DNA of 60,531 bases from a virus (lineage: Duplodnaviria > Caudoviricetes). Shown one piece after another: positions 33,471 to 42,449 of this stretch. The stretch covers positions 1 to 60,531 of the IMG/VR virus record IMGVR_UViG_3300005294_000016; one strand, written 5' to 3'. The notes below the pieces were generated by a model, which saw only the letters and a program-made list of their open reading frames with translations, searched no databases and had not been told where the DNA came from. The translations under genes were made by a program, and so were the position numbers. Position 1 is the stretch's first letter. The number at the start of each line of letters is the position of its first letter.

Positions 33471-34325
33471 ATGGTAGCGATCATCCCGGCTCCGGTAATC
33501 CCGAAGCCGACCCCCGAAAGCCCACTCCGGTACGGCCTGTTCCAGGCCGCCATCGGCCCCCTGAACTTCCCTGACCGCCACATGCGCGGCGGGGGCCTGA
33601 AGTACTGGGAAGTCATGTGCGGTGGCGGCTCCGGGTATGAGATCGAATGCCTGGCGGCACTGGACACGAAGACGTTCAACACCGCCGGACTGAACGTGAT
33701 CACAGCAGTGCCGTTCGTCGTGAAGTCGAACTTCACCTGCTCCCCGGTCGGCCTGAGCCAGCAGGAACTCGACGCCCTGGCACTCCAGAAGCTCCACTCC
33801 GTGGAGCAGGCCGTCCTGGAGTCGGTCTTCGACTCCGGCGACTTCGCACAGGCCCCGAGCCTGGCGAACAACCCGGCAGTCGTGAACCTGTCCGCGACAT
33901 CCCCGAACGCCACCAGCGTCGTGGACGTCACGTCAGTGCTGGAACGCGCCATGTACTGCACCAGCCAGTACGGCGTCCCCGCCTACCTGCACGTCCCGAT
34001 CCCGGTGTTCAACCGGATGAAGTTCGACCACCTGATCGAATTCGACGGTCTGCGCTGGCGGACCCCGATGGGTTCAGTGGTGTCGGCGGGCTGCTACGCG
34101 GGTCTCACACCTGTCGGAGCTGCCCCCGCTGAGGGAACGTTCTGGATGTACGCGACCGGCCAGACGGTCGTGTGGCGCACCGGTAACGGGGAAGAAGAGG
34201 TCATCCCGGTACAGGGTGCCCTCAACCGGACCACGAACCAGTACACGGCTCTCGTGGAACGGGAATACGCGGTCACTTTCGAGTGCGCGGTGTACGCGAA
34301 GCCGGTGACCCTGTGGGCACCGTGA
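33471..34325 (+). CDS. second capsid-like protein (possible pentamer/vertex protein)
   Basis: Follows the major capsid gene; YGLFQAA, F.V.....CSPVG, RTPMGS.V..G.Y, N......ER.Y. Confidence 0.65.
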   Translation: MVAIIPAPVIPKPTPESPLRYGLFQAAIGPLNFPDRHMRGGGLKYWEVMCGGGSGYEIECLAALDTKTFNTAGLNVITAVPFVVKSNFTCSPVGLSQQELDALALQKLHSVEQAVLESVFDSGDFAQAPSLANNPAVVNLSATSPNATSVVDVTSVLERAMYCTSQYGVPAYLHVPIPVFNRMKFDHLIEFDGLRWRTPMGSVVSAGCYAGLTPVGAAPAEGTFWMYATGQTVVWRTGNGEEEVIPVQGALNRTTNQYTALVEREYAVTFECAVYAKPVTLWAP

Positions 34326-34588
34326 TCGTTCACCCTGACACGCAGGAGCTGCTGCCGGTGATCGGCCGGGAACTCCTGGCCCTGGCCGACAACGTCTACC
34401 AGGTCGAATACGTGATGTGGCCGAGCCCCGGCTTCCGGGTGCCGGAGGAACTGTTCAACCGGTGGGAAGCTCTCGGCTCGATCAGCGTTCCGGAATCTTC
34501 ACAGACCCTGGAGCCGGAAGCCACCGAAACGCCTGAACCGGCCAAGCGTAAGCCCGGTCGGCCGAGAAAGAACACGGAGGGTCAGTAA
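34322..34588 (+). CDS. hypothetical protein with AT-hook-like C-terminus
   Basis: Coupled; GFRVPEEL; KRKPGRPRK. Confidence 0.65.
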   Translation: MIVHPDTQELLPVIGRELLALADNVYQVEYVMWPSPGFRVPEELFNRWEALGSISVPESSQTLEPEATETPEPAKRKPGRPRKNTEGQ

Positions 34589-35529
34589 TGGCCAGCGAGT
34601 GCCACAGTGTAGTCCGGGCACCCGCGATGCGGGTGACCCGTCTCGACGCGTGCGGTGTACCCGTGGAGTCCGCGTGCTCCTCGGCCACAACGGACGGTTT
34701 CGTGGAGATCGCCCTGACGAAGATCCTTCAGGAACGTCAGGACGCTCTCCAGCTCAACGCCAACGGAGACATCTGCGTCGACAAGCCGAAGGAGCCGATC
34801 CTTCGCTGGTATGAGGCGAACATTCAGTTCTGCCGCGTGGACCCGGAACTGTTCAACATCATGACCAACGAGCCGCTGGTCCTCAACGACGCCGTGGCCC
34901 CGGTCGCGGTCGGTTGGGATACCGCCGTTGGTTCGGCATCGGCCGCGAACTTCGCCCTGGAGTTCTGGGTCGGTACCGAAGACGACTGCGACGACACTGA
35001 CGTCGTGTACGGCTACGGTCTCCTGCCGTTCCTGCGTCAGGGCTACCTCACCGATGTCACGTTCAACAACGGTGTCGTCACATTCACCGTGAACGCGATC
35101 ACCCGAGGCAACTCGCAGTGGGGGGTCGGCCCGTACAACGTGCTGATCAACCAGACCGGAGCCAACGCGGGCCTCCCCGGTCCGCTGCTGACCGCCATCG
35201 GCCCCCTGGTGCACAAGCGGTTCTTCTGGACCACCCTGGGTCCGCCGCTGTCCCAGTGCGGATGCATGGACGCCACGCCGCTGCTGGTTAACACGCCAGC
35301 CGGTGGTACGGCACCCGAGGACATCACGTTCACGATCCCCACGGACCTGAGCGGCAACCCACTGGTTCCGGGCATCCTGGACTTCGACGACCTGACCGCC
35401 GACCAGGTGGTGACCACCGGAACCCCGGTGGTCCACAGCTACACGGTTGCGGGCACCTACAACGCCACCTACCGCCTGACGACACAGTCCGGTCCGACCT
35501 GGACCTCGGCGAACATCGTCATCACCTGA
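34588..35529 (+). CDS. major tail protein with C-terminal PKD/Ig-like domain
   Basis: MRVTRLDACG, NANGDIC, WGVGPYNV; HSYTVAGTY PKD motif; followed by a terminator. Confidence 0.8.
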   Translation: MASECHSVVRAPAMRVTRLDACGVPVESACSSATTDGFVEIALTKILQERQDALQLNANGDICVDKPKEPILRWYEANIQFCRVDPELFNIMTNEPLVLNDAVAPVAVGWDTAVGSASAANFALEFWVGTEDDCDDTDVVYGYGLLPFLRQGYLTDVTFNNGVVTFTVNAITRGNSQWGVGPYNVLINQTGANAGLPGPLLTAIGPLVHKRFFWTTLGPPLSQCGCMDATPLLVNTPAGGTAPEDITFTIPTDLSGNPLVPGILDFDDLTADQVVTTGTPVVHSYTVAGTYNATYRLTTQSGPTWTSANIVIT

Positions 35530-35544
35530 TCCGCACCTAGACGG

Positions 35545-35581
35545 AGCCCCCTGGCACACCTCCCCGTGGCCAGGGGGTTTC
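35545..35581 (+). terminator. intrinsic terminator
   Basis: CCCCCTGGC/GCCAGGGGG stem plus TTTC. Confidence 0.7.
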
Positions 35582-35606
35582 TCGTTGCGTCAGCTAGACT
35601 TCCGGC

Positions 35607-35825
35607 ATGATCGATAGACATGGAAAGAGATTCGAGAACTGCTCTGGGTGCGGTTCAACTTTTTGGGCAGAGCGCGGGGCGCCCCAGGTACTCTACGACA
35701 TCCACTTCTGCGCATGCGGTACGGCAGATCGGATCACGGCGGCGCCGGAACCCTCAACGATCCAGAGAACTCGGCGCCGTCGCAGCGGTCATGCCTTGCG
35801 GAAGTTCGCGCCGTCAAGGGAGTAG
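35607..35825 (+). CDS. small zinc-ribbon protein
   Basis: CSGCG...CACG; TAGACT-N6-ATG leaderless start. Confidence 0.5.
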   Translation: MIDRHGKRFENCSGCGSTFWAERGAPQVLYDIHFCACGTADRITAAPEPSTIQRTRRRRSGHALRKFAPSRE

Positions 35826-36802
35826 GTGATCCCGGTTCCGATGGCCTGGTCGGCGACACACACTCCGGTGGCACCTTTGCAGGTGAACCGGACGGCAAGG
35901 TTGCCGCTGGTCCTGCCGACGAACTGGACCCAGGCTGCCGGACGGTGCGCGGCGTCAATGGTGAACAGGGTTGTCTGGGCGGGCACGGATGCGCCCGTGT
36001 TCGTGAAATTCCCATCCATCCACACCCGGTTGTCCGAAGGCACGTAGGTGCTGGTCACCGGATACGGGGCACCCGTGTTGAGCGGATTGCCGTCGTTGAT
36101 CAGGGTCGCGTTGGCTATGGTGCCGTTGAACGCGACACCCAGGGGCGCGCTGGGCAGCATTGACCGGCCACCGGCCGACAGGATGTCACCGTTTCCCAGG
36201 ACCTGGAACATGTGCGTCGCGGCATCGGACAATGTCGCCTGGGCGATTGCCGTGGACAGGCCGTCACGGGCCGCGTTGCTCATGAACCGTGCGGGCACCT
36301 GGTCTTCTGGTACGCCACGGACCCGAAGTAGGTTGAATTCGTTGCCGTACACGGTCCTGGTGCCGTTATACAGCCAACGCCACGAGTCCTTCGCCGTGCC
36401 AGGAGTCACCAAAGTCGGCCGATTCCACAGGACGATCGTATCGTTTTCGGGAATCGTCCCGGCAAGCCGCTGATACGGCAGGGTACCGGTGGTGATCCAC
36501 GCCGCATCCTGGTTGAACGGATCAATGGGTCCGCTGGCCGGTTCGACCTGGATGTAGTCGGAAGGCCAGGACCCGTCCTGGCGCACCACGAGGACCGGGT
36601 TGGTGCCGGGGATCGGGTTCGTGGTTGGTGAGCCTTTGGTGGAGTTGGGCAGGACAAGACCCGTCCCGACGAAGGATGCTTCCTTGATCCGCAGGGTGCC
36701 GATGGGGTCGCCGGGTACTTCGTCAACGGTGATGGTCAGGTCTTGGCCGAAAGCGTTGACGGTGGTGTCGACAGGCCCGGCCCAGTGGATGTGATCGGTC
36801 AT
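35789..36802 (-). CDS. tail fibre/receptor-binding-like protein
   Basis: C-terminal beta-sandwich motif TTLFTI...RP; Gly/Thr/Pro-rich. Confidence 0.65.
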   Translation of the reverse strand: MTDHIHWAGPVDTTVNAFGQDLTITVDEVPGDPIGTLRIKEASFVGTGLVLPNSTKGSPTTNPIPGTNPVLVVRQDGSWPSDYIQVEPASGPIDPFNQDAAWITTGTLPYQRLAGTIPENDTIVLWNRPTLVTPGTAKDSWRWLYNGTRTVYGNEFNLLRVRGVPEDQVPARFMSNAARDGLSTAIAQATLSDAATHMFQVLGNGDILSAGGRSMLPSAPLGVAFNGTIANATLINDGNPLNTGAPYPVTSTYVPSDNRVWMDGNFTNTGASVPAQTTLFTIDAAHRPAAWVQFVGRTSGNLAVRFTCKGATGVCVADQAIGTGITYSLDGANFRKA

Positions 36803-36811
36803 CGGATGCTC

Positions 36812-38584
36812 CTACGGGGTCGCGAATTTCCCGGCCTGAACGAAGATGGCCTGGGTGGGATCGGACAGGTTCGTGGCGGTACGGGTCACGGAAACCCAGC
36901 CCAGCAGTGCCATACCAACGGTAAGCGGGTTCGGAATGTAGGTTCCGGAGCCGATGCCGTCGCGGGCTGCGGTCAGGGATGCGTAGGTCCGCTGCCCGTA
37001 CTGCACAAGGATCTGTTCGTTCACAGTGTTGTTGGCTACGGCCCAGACCCGGAAGTTCGTGGACGTGTTGGCTCCACCACCGACCGGGGTGATGACTCCG
37101 GCACCGTTCGGGTCGTAGTTGGCCACGTCAAAGATCGTCGTGACGCCGGAGGCGAACCCGGGCTGCCCGGTGAGGCGCCGGAAAGTCATCGGCGCCTGGG
37201 CTGGCAGGACTGCTTCGTGGGGGTTGAGGTAGGTGGGGACCTGGGAGAACGCACGAGCGAACAATTGCCCTGATGCCTTGCTGATGGTCAGGGTGGCTCC
37301 GTTGGGACTGAGAAGGTTCCCGCTGGTCGAGAACGGCCTCAGGTTGTTCATCAGGTCAACGAGCTGGTTGTTGAGCTGCGACGGAATGACGGGGATCGTC
37401 TGGTCGACGATGATGTTCCCGGCTTCGGTGACCGTGAATCCGAGAAGCAGGTTCTGGCGCCGTTGTGCTGGTGTCGCTACTGTGGCCTGCTGGATAAGGG
37501 TGCCGGTGGAGTCGATGAGGTAGAAAGTGATGGGCGCGAAGGTGGGGACGAGTCCGGTGGTTCCGGGGTAGGTGACGTAGGTGATTTTCGGGTTGGTTGG
37601 TCCGATGGCTGCGTTGGTTGAGTTGTAGTCGATGATCCATCCGGTTGTCGCCGAAATGTCGATCTTCGTGAGGTCGACGTTCGGAATCAGTTCGCCACCG
37701 GAAGTGACGTTCGTTGACAGTACCGAGGACAGCAGCCGCATCACGTCACCGTTGACGCCCTGGTATTCGGCAGTCAGGGTGCCGTCAACGTTCAAGTCCC
37801 CGGTGATCTGGGCATCGTCGGTGACGGTCAGGTCGTCGGTAACGTTCAGGTCCCCGAACGTGCCGGTGGTGAAGTTCGCCGTCAGGCCGGACAGTGTGCC
37901 GATGCTGGCACTGTTGGCGGTCAGCAGCCCTGTAACTCCGACATCTCCGAGGACGCTCAAGTCATCATTGACGGTCAAGTCGTCACCGACCGTGACATCG
38001 AGGCTGAATGTTGCATTTCCAGCAACGCTGATCTGGCTGTTGAACGCCGCATCCCCGCCGAATGCGGACAGCCCGCCCACTCCGAGCTGGTCCCCGACCG
38101 CCAAGTCATCGGACACCCCGGCATCCCCGTTAACCTGAAGGTTCGCGTTGATGATCAGGTTGCCGGTCATCGTGTCGCCGGATTTGCGGACGAACAGGTC
38201 ACTGTCGGACGGCGGGATCGGAACTGCCGCAGGTGACGTGCCCGCACAGGGGTCGAAGTCCAGTGGCACCAGGTCCGCGAACTCGGTCACACCGGGTGCG
38301 AACGGGATCTGAACGTAGATGACTTCCTTCAACTGGTCGGTGTTCACATACACCTGGTAGACCCAGTTGGTCGGGGACAGGTCCGGGTTGTCTGTGGCCG
38401 GGAGGACGATCGTGAACTCGCCGTTGACGTCCAGGGTGGCCGTGAACACTTTCCGGGTGTAGACGATGTTGTCCACGACGTCGCGCAGGTCCTGAAGCGT
38501 GTCGAAGGTTACGGTGCCCACTGCGGGCACGTTCGTGACGGGGGCGAGGATTTCGCCGTGAACTGTGACCGTGGTGAGTGCCAT
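36812..38584 (-). CDS. fibre/spike-like virion protein with beta-helix repeats
   Basis: N-terminal adaptor (TLDVNGEFTIVLPATDNPD), FVRKSGDTMTGNL fibre motif, LxVxGD/DDL repeats. Confidence 0.7.
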   Translation of the reverse strand: MALTTVTVHGEILAPVTNVPAVGTVTFDTLQDLRDVVDNIVYTRKVFTATLDVNGEFTIVLPATDNPDLSPTNWVYQVYVNTDQLKEVIYVQIPFAPGVTEFADLVPLDFDPCAGTSPAAVPIPPSDSDLFVRKSGDTMTGNLIINANLQVNGDAGVSDDLAVGDQLGVGGLSAFGGDAAFNSQISVAGNATFSLDVTVGDDLTVNDDLSVLGDVGVTGLLTANSASIGTLSGLTANFTTGTFGDLNVTDDLTVTDDAQITGDLNVDGTLTAEYQGVNGDVMRLLSSVLSTNVTSGGELIPNVDLTKIDISATTGWIIDYNSTNAAIGPTNPKITYVTYPGTTGLVPTFAPITFYLIDSTGTLIQQATVATPAQRRQNLLLGFTVTEAGNIIVDQTIPVIPSQLNNQLVDLMNNLRPFSTSGNLLSPNGATLTISKASGQLFARAFSQVPTYLNPHEAVLPAQAPMTFRRLTGQPGFASGVTTIFDVANYDPNGAGVITPVGGGANTSTNFRVWAVANNTVNEQILVQYGQRTYASLTAARDGIGSGTYIPNPLTVGMALLGWVSVTRTATNLSDPTQAIFVQAGKFATP

Positions 38585-38629
38585 GGGATCATTCTAGGCT
38601 ATAGACTTGGTTGACGAAGGAGGTGCGAA

Positions 38630-39412
38630 GTGTCCATGTGCCCTTGGGTGGTTGCGGATCCGCTGTGCTGCGACTGCTGGAACACGGCCGATCCGCGCAT
38701 GAAGGAACAGGCACACATCTGGGCGTCGTCGATCATGTACGCCCGGACCGGTCGGCAGTTCGGCACCTGCGAGGTCACTGTGCGTCCGTGCGGCTACGAC
38801 CAGTGCGGTGACGGAACCATGGCCTGGTACGGGGCCTGGTGGAACGGTGGCCTGTGGACCCCGTACATCCTCGACGGCGTGTGGTTCAACTGTGCCTGTC
38901 CTGGCCTGTGCAACTGTGAACCCGATTCCCAGATGCGTCTCGACGGCCCCGTAGCTTCGATCACTGAGGTGACGATTGGCGGCGTTGTCGTGGACCCGGA
39001 CAACTACCGGGTCGATGACTTCCAGTGGCTGGTCGCGGAGAACGGGTTCAAGTGGCCCCGCTGCCCGAACATGAACAACAGCTCCGGTGGCGTGGACGTC
39101 CTTGAGGTCACGTACGCGAAGGGGACTGCTGTTCCGGCTGACGTGCTGCTGGCTGAGGCGATCCTGGCCTGCGAGTACGTCAAGATGTGCAAGGGTGACT
39201 CGTCATGCCAGTTGTCGTCGCGGGTTGTCGCAATGTCCCGGCAGGGCACGGACTTCCAGATGGTTCCCCTGGATGACATGTTGAAGGCGGGTCTGCTGGG
39301 TCCGAACCTGGTGGACCAGGTGATCCTAGGGTATAATCCCAACCATCTGATGTTTCGGCCTCGGGTGTGGGCACAGAACGTGAAGCATCCCAGGCAAACA
39401 ACTTTTGCTTAG
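38630..39412 (+). CDS. head-to-tail adaptor
   Basis: TGRQFG.C..TVRP, L.GPV.SI.EV, LACEY.K.C, SRQG. Confidence 0.75.
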   Translation: MSMCPWVVADPLCCDCWNTADPRMKEQAHIWASSIMYARTGRQFGTCEVTVRPCGYDQCGDGTMAWYGAWWNGGLWTPYILDGVWFNCACPGLCNCEPDSQMRLDGPVASITEVTIGGVVVDPDNYRVDDFQWLVAENGFKWPRCPNMNNSSGGVDVLEVTYAKGTAVPADVLLAEAILACEYVKMCKGDSSCQLSSRVVAMSRQGTDFQMVPLDDMLKAGLLGPNLVDQVILGYNPNHLMFRPRVWAQNVKHPRQTTFA

Positions 39413-39419
39413 GATTGTC

Positions 39420-39908
39420 ATGATTTCAGTGGAATACGAGAAGCTTCTGTCCTGGGGGTTCATCCCCCAGGGGGAATGTCTTATATCTCGTGCGACCCGG
39501 AACAAGTCCGGGTATCGGGTTATTTCGATTAAGAAGAGGCTGTCGTACGCCCACCGAGTTTCATACACTCAGTGGTTTGGGGACATCCCGCAGGGCTATG
39601 TGATAGATCACGAATGTCATAATCATGATGCTGCCCTGGGGCTGTGTTCCGGTGGAAATGCCTGTTTCCACCGGTCCTGCATCAACCCCGACCATCTAGC
39701 GGTTAAGCTTCCAGGGGAAAACCTGTCCTCCAGTGCCCTTGTGCAGCAGCACTACTCCCGTGGAGCCGTGCTTACCCACTGCAAGATGGGTCACGAGTTC
39801 ACCAAGGAGAACACGTACACCCCGAAGTCCGGCTCACCCCGGCACTGTCGGGAGTGTAGGAGAACGAGGCTCCGAAGCTACTACTGGGCGAAAAAGGACT
39901 CTCGATGA
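39420..39908 (+). CDS. HNH homing endonuclease
   Basis: YAHRVSY...IDHEC...CINPDHL...EN, C-terminal THCKMGHEFT.ENTY...CREC; lower GC than neighbours. Confidence 0.85.
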   Translation: MISVEYEKLLSWGFIPQGECLISRATRNKSGYRVISIKKRLSYAHRVSYTQWFGDIPQGYVIDHECHNHDAALGLCSGGNACFHRSCINPDHLAVKLPGENLSSSALVQQHYSRGAVLTHCKMGHEFTKENTYTPKSGSPRHCRECRRTRLRSYYWAKKDSR

Positions 39909-40441
39909 CTGCTGAGGATCCGGTCTGGATCGTCTCGAACCTGCTGCTGGACTGTCTCCAGGCCCAGTTCACTACTGGCGATCCGGATCTGGCAACGCCC
40001 GTAAATTTCTGTTGGCGCAGCGGTGAGGAGATTTCGGAGGACATCGACCCGTGGACTGGCGCGGACCTGTGCTGTGAAGGTCTGGGCTGGGTCAGGGTCG
40101 GTAACACGTTCCCGTCGTCGAACTTCCCGAACCCGGACGAGGTGAGCGTCAAGTGCCTGCCGACCGGCTGGGCTCAGGTGTTCGAGGTGGGTCTGCTGGG
40201 ATGCTATGTGCCTGGCGGTCAGGAACACATGCCCACGTGTGCCCAGCACACTACGGCTTCGGTGCAGGACATGGCACGTCTGCGGATCTTGAAGCAGGCC
40301 CTGTGTTGTTTCGACGCCACGGATTGGATCACCAAGCGCGGTAGGCTGTGGACGATACAGTCGATCGAGGTTTCGGGGCCAAGATCAAATTGCATTTCAC
40401 GAGTTGCAACGATTCTCGTGAATATCCCCAAATGCTGCTGA
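39905..40441 (+). CDS. tail terminator-like protein
   Basis: Position in the neck module; Cys-rich C..LGWVRV...GP...C pattern. Confidence 0.6.
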   Translation: MTAEDPVWIVSNLLLDCLQAQFTTGDPDLATPVNFCWRSGEEISEDIDPWTGADLCCEGLGWVRVGNTFPSSNFPNPDEVSVKCLPTGWAQVFEVGLLGCYVPGGQEHMPTCAQHTTASVQDMARLRILKQALCCFDATDWITKRGRLWTIQSIEVSGPRSNCISRVATILVNIPKCC

Positions 40442-40452
40442 ATGGGACAAAA

Positions 40453-40677
40453 ATGGCACACAGTGATGAAGCTCAGCGTCGTCTCGGATACCACCCAGTC
40501 GGCTCCGAGAGCCAGAAGATCCGCTACGAAACGAACCGGGAACTCTACATGTCCCTGTTCGACTACGTCCAGAGCGTCGGAACCCCGAGCCGGGAACTGT
40601 CCCTGGCCCTGACCGCACTCCAGGAGTCCCTGATGTGGCTGAACGCCCACGTGGCCTGCAACGGAGTGGACGCATGA
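40453..40677 (+). CDS. Acb2/Tad1-like hairpin-domain protein (candidate immune-signal sponge)
   Basis: GYHP...Q..RYE..R...PSRELSLALTALQESLMWLNA.VA motif. Confidence 0.6.
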   Translation: MAHSDEAQRRLGYHPVGSESQKIRYETNRELYMSLFDYVQSVGTPSRELSLALTALQESLMWLNAHVACNGVDA

Positions 40678-40970
40678 GTGTCTACACCATCCTCGTGGCG
40701 TTCGAGAACTACAGGGTCGGGCAGCTCGTGTTCGTTGACGGTCCCCAGGAACGCTGGCTCGGTCTGGAGAAGTCTGGGTACGTGAAGCAGGCGGCTGCCA
40801 TTACCCTCGATGCCCCGGTTGACCTGGCTCGTGTCGACGAGTTCCTGAACAGTCCCGAGTCCGGCGTCAAGGTCAAGCGCCCCCGCAAGCGCAAGGAGGT
40901 CGGAGATGGCACGGATCAGGTTGAACCCGGTCCAGGTCCATCGGACGGCCAGGAACAAGGGCTGGACTGA
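40674..40970 (+). CDS. hypothetical protein
   Basis: ATGA-coupled; RBS GGAG. Confidence 0.55.
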   Translation: MSVYTILVAFENYRVGQLVFVDGPQERWLGLEKSGYVKQAAAITLDAPVDLARVDEFLNSPESGVKVKRPRKRKEVGDGTDQVEPGPGPSDGQEQGLD

Positions 40971-41409
40971 AGTCAAAGGGCTGACCAAGGACGTCTTCGC
41001 CTACTCGAAGTACCTGGCGCCCCGTGGCACGCGCCGTCACGGCTCCGGCAAAAGCGTGGCCGCTACACGTCTGGCCGACACCGGGAAGGTCACCTACCGG
41101 GAGACTGCCCGCAGCGTCCACGGCTATGTGACGTACACGGCCGACTGGGCTGCCACGGTTGCCGTAGGGTCCCAGCCGCACCGGATCCCGAAGCGTGGCA
41201 AGAAGCTCATGGGCTTCTACTGGGCTCGGGCTCAGGCATCACCGACGTTGCGTAGGCACACGTGGCGTGGGAAGTCGTTCTTCACGAAGGTCCGACATCC
41301 GGGCAACAAGCGTCCGGTACGCTATCTTCAAACACCTCTGGCCCAGTTCGGGCGTAAGAGGAATTTCAGGGTTGTGACGGTCCGCAACAGCCGTAGTCGT
41401 CTGCCATGA
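40906..41409 (+). CDS. HK97 gp10-like neck/tail-completion protein
   Basis: Basic protein with GSQPHRIP...VRHPG. Confidence 0.7.
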   Translation: MARIRLNPVQVHRTARNKGWTEVKGLTKDVFAYSKYLAPRGTRRHGSGKSVAATRLADTGKVTYRETARSVHGYVTYTADWAATVAVGSQPHRIPKRGKKLMGFYWARAQASPTLRRHTWRGKSFFTKVRHPGNKRPVRYLQTPLAQFGRKRNFRVVTVRNSRSRLP

Positions 41410-41419
41410 TGGGGAGATC

Positions 41420-41908
41420 ATGATCAACGAAGAGTTCGACGAAGAAGCAGCCGAAGACTTCGACCCTGCCGTGCTCGTCCGCGAAGCCGAAGAACCAGCA
41501 CGTCCCGAAGGTGCCTGGTCCCGGACCCTGGCAGGGCGGGAAATCTGGTTCCGGCCGATCACGTCAACCCAGCGGTCCGCGCTGCGCCGGTTCCACCAGG
41601 CAACCGTGAAACAGCTCAACGTCCTCGCTCCCGGAGACGACGACGCTGCGATCAAGCTCGCCAACGAGTTCTACGACGCCGTCCACGAATTCGTCGACTC
41701 CCTGTTCCTCGACGACGCCGATCGTCGCGAACTGCTGAAAGCCCAGCTCCGGGGCGACATGGACGACCAGGAACTGCTCAAGTTCGTCCTGTACGGCGAG
41801 GATCCCGCCGATGACGATGCGGAGCCCGTGTCCAAGCCGAAGCCGGTGAAGGCAGCGAATCCCGCGAAGGCGAAGAAGGCTGCCAATGCCAGCCGGACCC
41901 GGCGATGA
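41420..41908 (+). CDS. tail assembly chaperone
   Basis: Position two genes upstream of the tape measure; acidic. Confidence 0.6.
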   Translation: MINEEFDEEAAEDFDPAVLVREAEEPARPEGAWSRTLAGREIWFRPITSTQRSALRRFHQATVKQLNVLAPGDDDAAIKLANEFYDAVHEFVDSLFLDDADRRELLKAQLRGDMDDQELLKFVLYGEDPADDDAEPVSKPKPVKAANPAKAKKAANASRTRR

Positions 41909-42419
41909 CGCGTACGGCCGTGTCCTCATCCGAGCCTTCGGACGACCATGGCTTCTTCGTGATGTCCCAGCCCTCGACTGGATCCTCGGGGCTGGAGAGC
42001 CAGGTCTCGCAGGAATCTTTCCTGGACTTGTTGATGACGATGATTCGTACGCAGCGTTCGTCATCTTCTCCAGTGGCCATGATCCCGATACGGATCTGCG
42101 AGGACTACGTGCCGCTCGCGTCGCTCTGGAACGAGCCGGACGACGCGAATGGTTCTGGACCTACAACCTGATCGACGAATGCCTACAGTCCTGGACTCAG
42201 GTCAACGGACTGCTGGTGCGCCAGGGCGTCTGGGCTGACCGGACATCGCTGCCGGACTGGCTCGATGCGGCGTTCACGCAGATCCTGGAGCTGTACCACG
42301 ACAAGAAGGAACGGACCGCTTTCGAGACCAGGCTGCGTAAGGTTCCGAAGGACGCCCTCGGCACGGTGAAGCCGAAGTTCTCCGACCGTAACGCACTTAT
42401 GGCTTTCGCGGCCCCGTAA
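41886..42419 (+). CDS. tail assembly chaperone-like protein
   Basis: Immediately upstream of the tape measure; PALDW, GR.W.W, WLDA motifs. Confidence 0.6.
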   Translation: MPAGPGDDAYGRVLIRAFGRPWLLRDVPALDWILGAGEPGLAGIFPGLVDDDDSYAAFVIFSSGHDPDTDLRGLRAARVALERAGRREWFWTYNLIDECLQSWTQVNGLLVRQGVWADRTSLPDWLDAAFTQILELYHDKKERTAFETRLRKVPKDALGTVKPKFSDRNALMAFAAP

Positions 42420-42449
42420 CCCTTCATCAACATGGTCTACGATTGACCC

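Noticed and set aside
41860-41910. Programmed -1 frameshift between the tail assembly chaperones
   Set aside because: No XXXYYYZ slippery heptamer seen; the downstream ORF is in the +1 frame and has its own ATG
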